Positions 19,013-27,582 of a stretch of DNA of 64,000 bases are shown here, piece after piece. The stretch covers positions 1,443-65,442 of the forward strand of contig JAYODI010000019.1 of assembly GCA_038279365.1 (NCBI GenBank). Reading direction: 5' to 3'. This DNA comes from Candidatus Latescibacterota bacterium (GTDB lineage: Bacteria > Latescibacterota > UBA2968). The notes under the pieces were generated by a model. That model worked only from the letters and a program-made list of their open reading frames with translations. It did not search any database and was not told the origin of the DNA. The first letter of the stretch is position 1; each line of letters opens with the position of its first letter. The position numbers were made by a program, and so were the translations under genes.

Positions 19013-21031
19013 ATGGCATCTGATGTAAGCATTGGGTTTGAGTCTTCTCAAGCGAATTTTAATCGCATTCGTGTTGCTTGTGATCAATGTGCCAAGCAAC
19101 CCATAAATCGGTTGTTGTTTGGCAAATTTACAGAGCATTTGGGGCGCAATATTTACAATGGGATGTGGGCTCAGGTGCTTCAGAACAGCTCGTTTGCCGA
19201 TTGGTCGTTTTTTCGGTCGATGTGGCGACAACAGGCTACAGGGCGTGTGGGTGATTTTCCTTTGGATCGCATTCAGGCAGCGTGTGAACGAGGGCTTGCG
19301 TGTTGGTGGTTGCCCTATGGATCTGATAACGCCACTTATGTGATTGATTGGGTCAACCCTTTAAATTCGGACACATCACAACGGATCGCTGTTTCAGGTG
19401 GCGGCATTGAAAGTGGGATTGAACAACTTGTATATTTGCCCCTGCATCGGGTGCGGTCGTATCAGGTTTCTTTTTATGCCCGAGGGCAGGCAGATGGGTT
19501 GCGGGTCTCACTGGTGGAAGAAGATTCTGGGCGGTGTTTGGCTGAAGGGGTGGTGGATGGGGTTGGCACAGATTGGCAGATGTTTCAGGTGGCTTTGACG
19601 GTGCCTGATGACGTGGAGGCAGATACACGTGTGGCATTTCGATTGGGCTTGCCCAGTGGTGGGCATGTTTGGTTGGATCAGGTGATGTTGTTTCCAGCAG
19701 ATCATATTGATGGGTTTGACCCTGATGTGGTGCGGTTGCTCAAAGATTCAAAATTGCCTTTGTTGCGTTATCCTGGGGGTAATTTTGTGTCGGGATACAA
19801 TTGGCAAGATGGCGTGGGGCCCATGCAAAATCGGCCTGTGCGCACCAACCCTGCTTGGCCCGTTGTTGAACCTAATCAGGTGGGAACCGATGAGTTTATA
19901 GCATTTTGTCGGGCGGTTGGCTGTGAGCCCATGATTTGTGTGAACGCAGGAAATGGCAGACCCTGGGAAGCTGCGGCCTGGATTGAATATTGCAATGGGG
20001 GTGCGAATACAGAATTTGGTGCCATGCGCATGGCCAATGGTCACCCTGAACCTTATGGGGTGCGGTATTGGGAAGTGGGAAATGAGCTTTATGGGCGGTG
20101 GCAAGTGGGGCATTGTACACCAGAGGAATATGCTGAACGCTATGATGCGTTTCAAAAGGCGATGCTGGCAGCTGACCCCGATATTTTGTTGATTGCAAAC
20201 GGGCAGTCGTTGGATTGGAATAAACCATTGGTGGAACGCAAAGGGAAAGATGTGCGTTCGATGTCTTTGCATACACTGATAGGTGATCGTTCACGAACTG
20301 AGACAGATCCTGAAAAAGTTTATTGGGGGTTGATGGCTTATACGGCTGAGTATGATCAGCATTTGCAGGCGCTATTGGCACAAGCTGAGGCAAGCAACTG
20401 TGATGCAAAGATTGCGATTACAGAATTGCAGGTCTTTACCAATGTGCCCCATTTGCCCACCAATGCATCACAAACCGAGTCGTTGTTTTTGGCGGGCATT
20501 ATTCATAGTGCTTTGCGACAAGGTGATCGGGTTGAGATGATTACACACAGTGCATTGGTGAATCATGGGGGTGGGTTGCGCAAGCAACGAGAACGGGTGT
20601 TTGCCAATCCGGTGCATTGGGTGTCGCATCTGTATGGCAATTTGCCAAAGGCACGGCTGGTTGCAACGCACACACACGGTGAGACATTTGACGCCGATTT
20701 AAAAGGGGTGGCACACGGGACACATTTCCCGTTGATAGATGCCATTGCCGTTTTAAGTGACGATCAGGAGGCGGTAATTTTGCTCATGATCAATCGGCAT
20801 CCTGTTGAATCGCGTGATGTAGAAATCGAATTGGTAGATTTTGAACCGCTTGAACAAGGTGAATTACAGTCGATTTCGGGGGCAGATTATATGGTACAAA
20901 ACACATTGGCCAATACCAAGGCTGTGCAGATAGAGACGGAAACTGTCGCAATTGCTGGGGCACAGTTTACGCTGTCGCTGTTGCCCCATTCGGTGAATGC
21001 ATTAACGCTTAAGCGCGTACCTAAGGGATAG
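19013..21031 (+). CDS. GH51 alpha-L-arabinofuranosidase-like glycosidase
   Basis: FGKFTEHLGR, RYPGGNF, GTDEF, YWEVGNE; C-terminal LLPHSVN; no signal peptide. Confidence 0.88.
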   Translation: MASDVSIGFESSQANFNRIRVACDQCAKQPINRLLFGKFTEHLGRNIYNGMWAQVLQNSSFADWSFFRSMWRQQATGRVGDFPLDRIQAACERGLACWWLPYGSDNATYVIDWVNPLNSDTSQRIAVSGGGIESGIEQLVYLPLHRVRSYQVSFYARGQADGLRVSLVEEDSGRCLAEGVVDGVGTDWQMFQVALTVPDDVEADTRVAFRLGLPSGGHVWLDQVMLFPADHIDGFDPDVVRLLKDSKLPLLRYPGGNFVSGYNWQDGVGPMQNRPVRTNPAWPVVEPNQVGTDEFIAFCRAVGCEPMICVNAGNGRPWEAAAWIEYCNGGANTEFGAMRMANGHPEPYGVRYWEVGNELYGRWQVGHCTPEEYAERYDAFQKAMLAADPDILLIANGQSLDWNKPLVERKGKDVRSMSLHTLIGDRSRTETDPEKVYWGLMAYTAEYDQHLQALLAQAEASNCDAKIAITELQVFTNVPHLPTNASQTESLFLAGIIHSALRQGDRVEMITHSALVNHGGGLRKQRERVFANPVHWVSHLYGNLPKARLVATHTHGETFDADLKGVAHGTHFPLIDAIAVLSDDQEAVILLMINRHPVESRDVEIELVDFEPLEQGELQSISGADYMVQNTLANTKAVQIETETVAIAGAQFTLSLLPHSVNALTLKRVPKG

Positions 21032-21790
21032 ATGCCAATGATTAAAGTGCTTGTGACGGGTGCCGGTGGGGTGATTGGTTCTGCGGTGTTGAAGCAATTG
21101 CATGGAAAGTACGATTTGGTGGCTTTGGATCGTGAGGCCGTGGCCGATGTAAAAAGTGTGTGTGTGGATGTGTCAGACTTTGAGGCGGTTAAAAATGCCT
21201 GTGTTGGTGTGGATGTGGTGGTGCATTTGGCTGGCGAAATTCACAGTGATTGGGCGGGGTATTTGGCGAGCAATGTGGTGGGTACATATAATGTGTTTGA
21301 GGCGGCACATCAGACAGGTGTGAAACGGGTGATTTTTGCAAGCAGTGGGTCGGTGACGGCGGGTTGGGAACGCGAGAAACCCATAACAGATTTGGTGGAT
21401 GGCAATTATGAAGCCGTTCCCGATGTGTGGGAGAATGTGACACATGAAACATTGCCACGACCCGCAGGGCTTTATGGGTGCACGAAGTTGTGGGGCGAAG
21501 GCTTGGCACGACATTATTCAGACAGTACAGATTTGTCGGTGATTTGTTTGCGTATTGGTGGTGTCAATGCACAGGATCGGCCTTTGACCACACGACATTA
21601 TGCTGTGTGGTGCAGTCAGGGAAATATTGCACGGATGGTTGAGGCGTGTGTATGTGCCCCTGATGCGTTGAAGTTTGATGTTTTTTATGTGGTGTCAAAT
21701 AATAAGTGGGCCTACCGTGACATGACCCATGCAAAAGAGATGTTGGGTTTTGAACCCGAAGGCAGTGCGGAGGATTTTCGGTGCGATTGA
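21032..21790 (+). CDS. NAD-dependent epimerase/dehydrogenase, uronate dehydrogenase-like
   Basis: TGAGGVIG, ASS, YGCTK, CLRIG. Confidence 0.8.
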   Translation: MPMIKVLVTGAGGVIGSAVLKQLHGKYDLVALDREAVADVKSVCVDVSDFEAVKNACVGVDVVVHLAGEIHSDWAGYLASNVVGTYNVFEAAHQTGVKRVIFASSGSVTAGWEREKPITDLVDGNYEAVPDVWENVTHETLPRPAGLYGCTKLWGEGLARHYSDSTDLSVICLRIGGVNAQDRPLTTRHYAVWCSQGNIARMVEACVCAPDALKFDVFYVVSNNKWAYRDMTHAKEMLGFEPEGSAEDFRCD

Positions 21791-22443
21791 TTTTGTTTGA
21801 TGGTTATGGCACTTTGTTTGATCAGGCGATGGAGACGCTGTTTGAAACGTGTCAGGTTGTGGTGGATGATTTGCAGTTGGCGATGACACGTGAAGCGTTT
21901 TTAGATCATTGGGATCGCTATTTTTTCCCCATGATTCGCGAAGGTGAATTTATGACGTTTTGGGATGCCCATGTGATTGGGCTTAATCGGGTGTTTGACG
22001 ATTTGGGTGTGCAGGGAAAGTCAGAAGATTATGTGGGGCGTTTGTTTGATCTGTTTGGAAAAGTGCCACTTTTTGATGATGTGAAGCCAACCCTTGAGGC
22101 GTTAAATGGGCGACAGACTGGGGTGGTGTCAAACGCAGATCATGGTCATTTGACATCGGCGTTGGCAACGAATGATTTGGATTTTGAAGTGGTGGTGAGT
22201 TCTGAGTCGGCACGGTGTTATAAACCCAACACCGAAATTTTTTTTGAGGCGTTGAAACATTTTGACTGCAAACCGGAAGAGGCGTTGTATGTGGGTGATT
22301 CACAAGAAGATGATATTGTGGGTGCTCGCAGCGCTGGCTTGAAAGTTGCGTGGCTGAATCGCGAGGGTGTGACACGGCGCGAGACAACGCCTAAGCCAGA
22401 TTATGAGATAGAAAGTTTGTCGGATTTGATGGATATTGTATGA
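21781..22443 (+). CDS. HAD-superfamily hydrolase
   Basis: FDGYGTL, SN, YKP, VGDSQEDDIVGA. Confidence 0.9.
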   Translation: MRLILFDGYGTLFDQAMETLFETCQVVVDDLQLAMTREAFLDHWDRYFFPMIREGEFMTFWDAHVIGLNRVFDDLGVQGKSEDYVGRLFDLFGKVPLFDDVKPTLEALNGRQTGVVSNADHGHLTSALATNDLDFEVVVSSESARCYKPNTEIFFEALKHFDCKPEEALYVGDSQEDDIVGARSAGLKVAWLNREGVTRRETTPKPDYEIESLSDLMDIV

Positions 22444-22445
22444 TT

Positions 22446-22503
22446 GTCGCAAGTCGCAAGTCGACAAATCGGTGGTGACTTTTGACTTGTGTCTTTCGAC
22501 TGA
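22446..22503. repeat. Inverted heptamer tandem repeat (GTCGCAA)n...(TGACTTK)n
   Basis: GTCGCAA GTCGCAA GTCGAC ... TGACTTT TGACTTG TGTCTTT CGACTGA. Confidence 0.7.
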
Positions 22504-22518
22504 TTATGAGGAGACGGT

Positions 22519-23307
22519 ATGCCAACGGAGATGGAAGAATACCTTTTTGATTTGCGTGGGTATTTGGTGTTGAAAAATGCGGTGGATAAATCGCATTTGG
22601 AAGAGTTGAATGCCATTTTAGATACGTATTTGGATATGGCGCCTGATACTTGGCGTGGGTGGGTGTATCGGGCCAATAACAATCCAGTGCGGCATTTGCA
22701 CAATATTTTTGAGATGGGAGAACCATTTGAGCGGTTGATTGATCATCCTTCATGGATTGATCATTTGAATCGATTTGTGGGGGGCGATGATGGTTTGTTT
22801 ATTGATGAGTCGTTTTTAGATGTGCGTAGCAAAGGTGGGGCAACCCGCATTCATTCGGGGGCACACAAGCGACGGATTCGCACTCAGTTTCGATTTCACA
22901 ACAATGAATTTCGCTGTGGGCAGATTAACATTTTGTTTGCATTGAATGATATTGGCGATGGTGATGGGGCGACGATGGTGATTCCTGGCAGCCATAAGTC
23001 GAACCTCATACACCCAGCGATTCATGATCGCCAGAGTGGTGGAACTGCGCGGTCTTTGGATCATGTTCAGGAGGCTGTGCAGGTACAGCTTGAGGCAGGA
23101 GATGCCGCGTTTTTTGTAGATTGTTTGGCGCACGGTTCATCGGAGCGGGTGAATGAGGGCGAGCGTCGGATTGCCATTATTCGCTATGGCCCACATTGGG
23201 GCAATGACCGTTATGGCTTTCAACCCTCCCCTGAGTTGCTGGCACGGCTCACACCTGCGCGCAAAAAGATTGTGCAACCGTTGCCACCTCGAAGACCACC
23301 AGAATAA
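22519..23307 (+). CDS. PhyH-family Fe(II)/2OG oxygenase with HxG motif
   Basis: FDLRGYLVLKNA, IHSG, GATMVIPGSHKS, AGDAAFF...AHGS...RR. Confidence 0.85.
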   Translation: MPTEMEEYLFDLRGYLVLKNAVDKSHLEELNAILDTYLDMAPDTWRGWVYRANNNPVRHLHNIFEMGEPFERLIDHPSWIDHLNRFVGGDDGLFIDESFLDVRSKGGATRIHSGAHKRRIRTQFRFHNNEFRCGQINILFALNDIGDGDGATMVIPGSHKSNLIHPAIHDRQSGGTARSLDHVQEAVQVQLEAGDAAFFVDCLAHGSSERVNEGERRIAIIRYGPHWGNDRYGFQPSPELLARLTPARKKIVQPLPPRRPPE

Positions 23308-23371
23308 GGTATCGTATTTTATTTCAATAGTAATATTTTCAAGTGGACATCAACCAAGAGAGAGGATCAAT

Positions 23372-24550
23372 ATGGCCGATTCCGGAACTTTGAACGAAAA
23401 TTATCAGGCACCCGCATTTGCCGACTTTAATCCTGCGCATTCTGCGCCGGGTTTATCTCCTGAGCGTTTGGCTCATTTGGACGAACACGGGTATGTGATT
23501 ATTAACGATTTTGTGGACAGTCCCTGGATTCCCAAACTGAGGGAAGCCGGACGGCGCTTGATTAAGGCCTGTCAGCCCGAAGTGGGGTATGACATCATTG
23601 ATACGTCAAAGGGATATGTTCATCGAACAGATGAGGATGAACCCTGGGCCATTCGAGGGATTATGCACCCCGCATTTCAGGAACCCGATTTTGCTGCGTT
23701 TCATGGATCGGATGAATTTATTGCGTTTTGTGAGTCTTGGTGCCAGGACTTTGATCGCGAGAATTTGGTGATGGGGCATCCCCTGTTGTGGGCAAATCCA
23801 CGAACAAAATATAATTCGCTGAGTTGGCACAGGGATTTGCGATGGTGGGGAAGTGGTGAACGGGTGACATCACAAAGAGATGATCGGGCGACTAAACCAG
23901 AAGAATATTCTGAAGAAGTGGAGCGCAAGCGTTGGGAGCAAATTCGGGAAGACAATAAAAAAGCGATTGAGGAACGTAATGGTGTGAGTATGTTTCTTGC
24001 GTTGGTGGATGATGAATGCCACGAGTTGCTTCCTGGTACACACAACCGCTGGCGTACGCCACTTGAACACGATGTGTTGTTGCCTAAAAAGATAAAGGAA
24101 GCGGGGGTTCCTTATACGCCCAGTTGGAATGGTGAAGACCCATTGCCTGGTCAGGTCGCAATTCGTTTGAAAGCAGGCGAAGCTGTGATTCGGAATGGTG
24201 CGACGATTCACACGGGGCGCACGGTGCCAGGGCGAGAACGAAACACACTTTCAATTGGCTGGTCAAAGTGGAAGGGACCCTCTAACGAAGAACCCAAAGT
24301 AGAAGATGCACGGATGGCATGGCAATTAGATCCGACTGTTCGGGAGGCGTTGCCTCATGAGTGGATGAAAAAGGCTTGGGATCGCTGGGCCGTCACGCGG
24401 ATCTTGGGTGATTCACTGGAAGACCGTTATGCACCCTGGGATATCAAGCAAATTAAGTCGGGTAAAGTTTTGGGCTGGCGCGGTGAATTGGAGAAAAAGG
24501 CCGCAGAAGCGGGCGAGAGTTGGGAGAAGTTTCAGACGTTGAATGATTGA
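23372..24550 (+). CDS. PhyH-like Fe(II)/2OG oxygenase with insertions
   Basis: DEHGYVIINDF, WHRD, LPGTHNR, AGEAVI...IHTGR; GAGG RBS before ATG at 23372. Confidence 0.75.
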   Translation: MADSGTLNENYQAPAFADFNPAHSAPGLSPERLAHLDEHGYVIINDFVDSPWIPKLREAGRRLIKACQPEVGYDIIDTSKGYVHRTDEDEPWAIRGIMHPAFQEPDFAAFHGSDEFIAFCESWCQDFDRENLVMGHPLLWANPRTKYNSLSWHRDLRWWGSGERVTSQRDDRATKPEEYSEEVERKRWEQIREDNKKAIEERNGVSMFLALVDDECHELLPGTHNRWRTPLEHDVLLPKKIKEAGVPYTPSWNGEDPLPGQVAIRLKAGEAVIRNGATIHTGRTVPGRERNTLSIGWSKWKGPSNEEPKVEDARMAWQLDPTVREALPHEWMKKAWDRWAVTRILGDSLEDRYAPWDIKQIKSGKVLGWRGELEKKAAEAGESWEKFQTLND

Positions 24551-24573
24551 TTCTATACCGGATGGTAAAATAG

Positions 24574-24607
24574 AAAAGGGTTGTGCAAGATTGCACAACC
24601 CTTTTTT
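24574..24607. terminator. Bidirectional intrinsic terminator
   Basis: AAAAGGGTTGTGCAA-GA-TTGCACAACCCTTTTTT. Confidence 0.85.
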
Positions 24608-24734
24608 GCTTGTATGAATTTTTCGGGGATTTTGTAAGTTATTTTCATGTTTGGCTTATCTCTTGAAAAGAGATTGAAATGATTCTATTATTTTTTAATA
24701 AAATTATTTTCGAGAACATGAATTTATAAATTTT

Positions 24735-24761
24735 TTGTGGGCGTGGGAACCACGCCCACAA
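24735..24761. repeat. REP-like GC-rich palindrome
   Basis: TTGTGGGCGTGG-GAA-CCACGCCCACAA perfect 12-bp stem with no downstream U tract on either strand. Confidence 0.55.
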
Positions 24762-24779
24762 GATGATGATTGAAATGTG

Positions 24780-25796
24780 TCATTGGTTGGCTTCGACGAC
24801 GTAGCCTTTGACTTTGTCGACGACGTTTATGAGGGGTTTGTTGTTGAGGTAGCGGGTCATGTTTTCGACGAGCACTTCCACGCGGCGTTCTTCGGTGTAG
24901 AGATAAGAGGAGCGCCACGCGGTGTGAGGAGTGATGACAACGTTATCCATTCGCCATAAAGGGTGGTCTTCGGGGAGGGGTTCCATTTCGAAGACGTCGA
25001 GGCCTGCACCAGAGAGTTTGCCATTTTCAAGGGCAACGGTGAGGGCTTTGAGGTCTACGACTTTGCCACGACCAATGTTGATGAGAATGGCACCTTGTTT
25101 CATGGCGGCAATGGCGGCACCGTCAATCATGTGGGCGGTTTCGTCGGTATGCGGCACACAAATGGCAACAAAGTCGGATTTGGCGAGCATTTGGTGAAGG
25201 TCTGCGGGAGAGTAGATGTGTTCGACGTAGTCGGGGGTACCTTTGGGGGCGGGGTCTACGGCGAGTACGCGCATGCCAAAGGCGTTGGCACGTTGGGCAA
25301 CTGCAAGACCAATGCCGCCGAGGCCCACGATGCCCATTGTGGTGTTGCCGAGAAAGACCATGGGCACGTCGTCGTTTTTCCAACTGGCAGTGTGTTGGCG
25401 GCGGGCAAAGATGTGGGTGCCTCGGGCAAATGAAAGGACAAATGAAAAGACGTGGTCGGAGATAACGTCGCTGTAGATGCCGCGAACGTTGGTGAGGGTG
25501 AAGGTGCTTTGGCGCAGTTCGGGGTAGAAGAAGTTGTCCATTCCAGCGCGGCCACATTGCATCCATTTTAAGTTTTTGGCCGCTTGTAAGGTTTCAAGGC
25601 TGATGCTGCCGCCGTAGAAGATTTCGGCGTCGGCAATTTGGGTGCGCGCTTCGTCTTCTTCGTAGGTTTCAAAGACTTCGAGGCCCATTTCGCGGATTTT
25701 TTGGACGCCGGTTGCACGGAATTGTTTGACGTCTTCGGGGAGGTCGGCCACGGTTTCTACCCCTTCGGGGTTGGGCCAGCAGATGACGAGTTTCAT
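24780..25796 (-). CDS. D-2-hydroxyacid dehydrogenase
   Basis: GIVGLGGIG, INIGRG, LDVFEMEPLP, TPH. Confidence 0.92.
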   Translation of the reverse strand: MKLVICWPNPEGVETVADLPEDVKQFRATGVQKIREMGLEVFETYEEDEARTQIADAEIFYGGSISLETLQAAKNLKWMQCGRAGMDNFFYPELRQSTFTLTNVRGIYSDVISDHVFSFVLSFARGTHIFARRQHTASWKNDDVPMVFLGNTTMGIVGLGGIGLAVAQRANAFGMRVLAVDPAPKGTPDYVEHIYSPADLHQMLAKSDFVAICVPHTDETAHMIDGAAIAAMKQGAILINIGRGKVVDLKALTVALENGKLSGAGLDVFEMEPLPEDHPLWRMDNVVITPHTAWRSSYLYTEERRVEVLVENMTRYLNNKPLINVVDKVKGYVVEANQ

Positions 25797-26125
25797 TTTG
25801 GGTCCTTTACAATTTTAGATGTGTGTTGCTGGAATATGATTTTCCCAAATTGATCAATATGTTTTTTTAGGTCTGGATGTGTGATTTGCGCGTAAGCTTG
25901 CACATCAAATGTTTGGGGTAGAGGCAATTCATCAAGTTCGACAGCCAGTCTTCCAAGTGATAGCGTGTCAATGTTTCCAAATATGACCAGATCAATATCA
26001 GAGTAATTTTGGTGTTTGTTCATTGCCCGTGATCCGAACACGCGCACTTCTTCAATTTCAGAATATCCCTGAAAGACGTTGCGCAAGAGTGTGTGTATGT
26101 GTTCACTTAGACCAAACCTCATCAT
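25793..26125 (-). CDS. Minimal nucleotidyltransferase (MNT, HI0073-like antitoxin)
   Basis: VFGSRA...YSDIDL; start ATG at 26125 overlaps the HEPN stop. Confidence 0.88.
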   Translation of the reverse strand: MMRFGLSEHIHTLLRNVFQGYSEIEEVRVFGSRAMNKHQNYSDIDLVIFGNIDTLSLGRLAVELDELPLPQTFDVQAYAQITHPDLKKHIDQFGKIIFQQHTSKIVKDPK

Positions 26126-26535
26126 TCTACACTCTTTTCTTTTAATAGTAGATACACTTGGTCGATTTTTTTTACATAAGGGTTGGCTATTGCGTTGACT
26201 GCATTGTTGAATGTTTCTTTGTTGTAGGTATGGCTCATCAAGTTTCGATGTCCAAGCATTTCGATCCATTGCGTTCCATCTGTAATTATTTTTGCAGCAA
26301 ATGCTTGTTTAATGACTTGTCTTGGTGTGATTTGCTCTAAAACAATACCTGTGTATTCGAGATAATCTTTAATCGTTTTCCAAGCGAGCTCAAAAGTATA
26401 TTCAAAACGTTGAACAACACCCTCTTTTTCTAAGTCAGACATTTCTGAGAGTGGTTTGTCTTTGAATGTGCTTTTGAGCAATAAGAAGGCACGTTCAAAA
26501 TTTTGAAATCGTTGTTTCCAACGTGTGTCGTCCAC
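26122..26535 (-). CDS. HEPN protein, HI0074 nucleotidyltransferase substrate-binding family
   Basis: RWKQRFQNF, QRFEYTFELAWKT, RNLMSHTY (RxxxxH). Confidence 0.92.
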   Translation of the reverse strand: MDDTRWKQRFQNFERAFLLLKSTFKDKPLSEMSDLEKEGVVQRFEYTFELAWKTIKDYLEYTGIVLEQITPRQVIKQAFAAKIITDGTQWIEMLGHRNLMSHTYNKETFNNAVNAIANPYVKKIDQVYLLLKEKSVE

Positions 26536-26598
26536 GACGTACCTCCACTCCGTTTATGGTTTTTACTGTGATCTATTGGGGTTACGACCTAATATACT

Positions 26599-26634
26599 AA
26601 AAGACCTGTGGTTTTTGCAACCACAGGTCTTTTT
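26599..26634. terminator. Intrinsic terminator downstream of peroxiredoxin
   Basis: AAAAGACCTGTGGTT-TTTGC-AACCACAGGTCTTTT. Confidence 0.8.
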
Positions 26635-26658
26635 ATCATTTGTCATTGTGTGCGAAAA

Positions 26659-27291
26659 TTATTCAGCCGGTTGTTTGGTGATGCGCAAATAGGGCTTAAT
26701 GGTGGTGTAGCCAGGGAAGCGCTTTGCGGCATCTTCGTTGGAGACAGCAGGTGAGATGATGCAGTCGTCGCCGGGTTGCCAGTTGACGGGGGTGGCCAGG
26801 CTGTGTTTGGCTGTGAGTTGAAGTGAGTCGATGACGCGTAAGATTTCGTCAAAGTTGCGACCTGTGGAGGCCGGATAGGTAATCATAAGTTTGATGGTTT
26901 TGTCTGGGGCAATGATAAAGACCGAACGCACGGTGAGTGTGTTGTCGGCTTTGGGGTGAATCATGCCATAGAGGCCTGCAATGGTGCGGTCTGGGTCGGC
27001 AATGATAGGGTAGTCGACGGTGGTGTTCTGAGTTTCGTTAATGTCGCCAATCCAGCCGTTGTGTGAGTCGAGTGGGTCTACGCTTACAGCGGCAACTTTG
27101 ACGTTGCGTTTGGCAAATTCGTTACTGAGCTTGGCTACAGCACCCAGTTCGGTGGTGCATACGGGAGTGAAGTCGGCAGGGTGAGAAAAGAGTATGCCCC
27201 AGCCGTTGCCGAGGTAGTCGTGAAAGTTGATGGTTCCTACGGTGGTTTCTGCTGTGAAATTTGGCGCGACGTCGCCTAATTGGAGTGCCAT
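26659..27291 (-). CDS. 1-Cys peroxiredoxin (Prx6 family)
   Basis: FSHPADFTPVCTTE, GRNFDEILR, TPVNW; GAAAGGA RBS before ATG at 27291. Confidence 0.95.
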   Translation of the reverse strand: MALQLGDVAPNFTAETTVGTINFHDYLGNGWGILFSHPADFTPVCTTELGAVAKLSNEFAKRNVKVAAVSVDPLDSHNGWIGDINETQNTTVDYPIIADPDRTIAGLYGMIHPKADNTLTVRSVFIIAPDKTIKLMITYPASTGRNFDEILRVIDSLQLTAKHSLATPVNWQPGDDCIISPAVSNEDAAKRFPGYTTIKPYLRITKQPAE

Positions 27292-27359
27292 GGATGTTCC
27301 TTTCTTGAAGCAAGAAAATATAGTTTTTGGCAAGGGAATATCATATTTATGCGAGGGGT

Positions 27360-27387
27360 AATATAACAGATATTGTGCGTGCGTCAA
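27360..27387 (-). promoter_or_regulatory. Possible sigma70 promoter for peroxiredoxin
   Basis: Minus strand TTGACG-16 bp-TATATT. Confidence 0.45.
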
Positions 27388-27582
27388 GCATTGTGGCAGG
27401 TTTGTAAAAGGGGCAGATACTTGTGCTGTTTGAGGGTGATTGACCCGATGAGAATGAAGTTGACCCCATTAAAAAAGGAACCTATCCTGTTGGGCAGATA
27501 AATAAAAACGGTCGATCATTCCTCTGAATCTTTCTAATTTGTAGACACATACAAAATGAGGATTCATTTAGAAAGGTGTATT

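Noticed and set aside
23153-23371. Upstream extensions given by the ORF track (also 14567, 26269, 27387, 29818, 35722, 46327, 59255, 60513)
   Set aside because: Downstream starts have better RBS or family N-termini, and several extensions overlap neighbouring genes.
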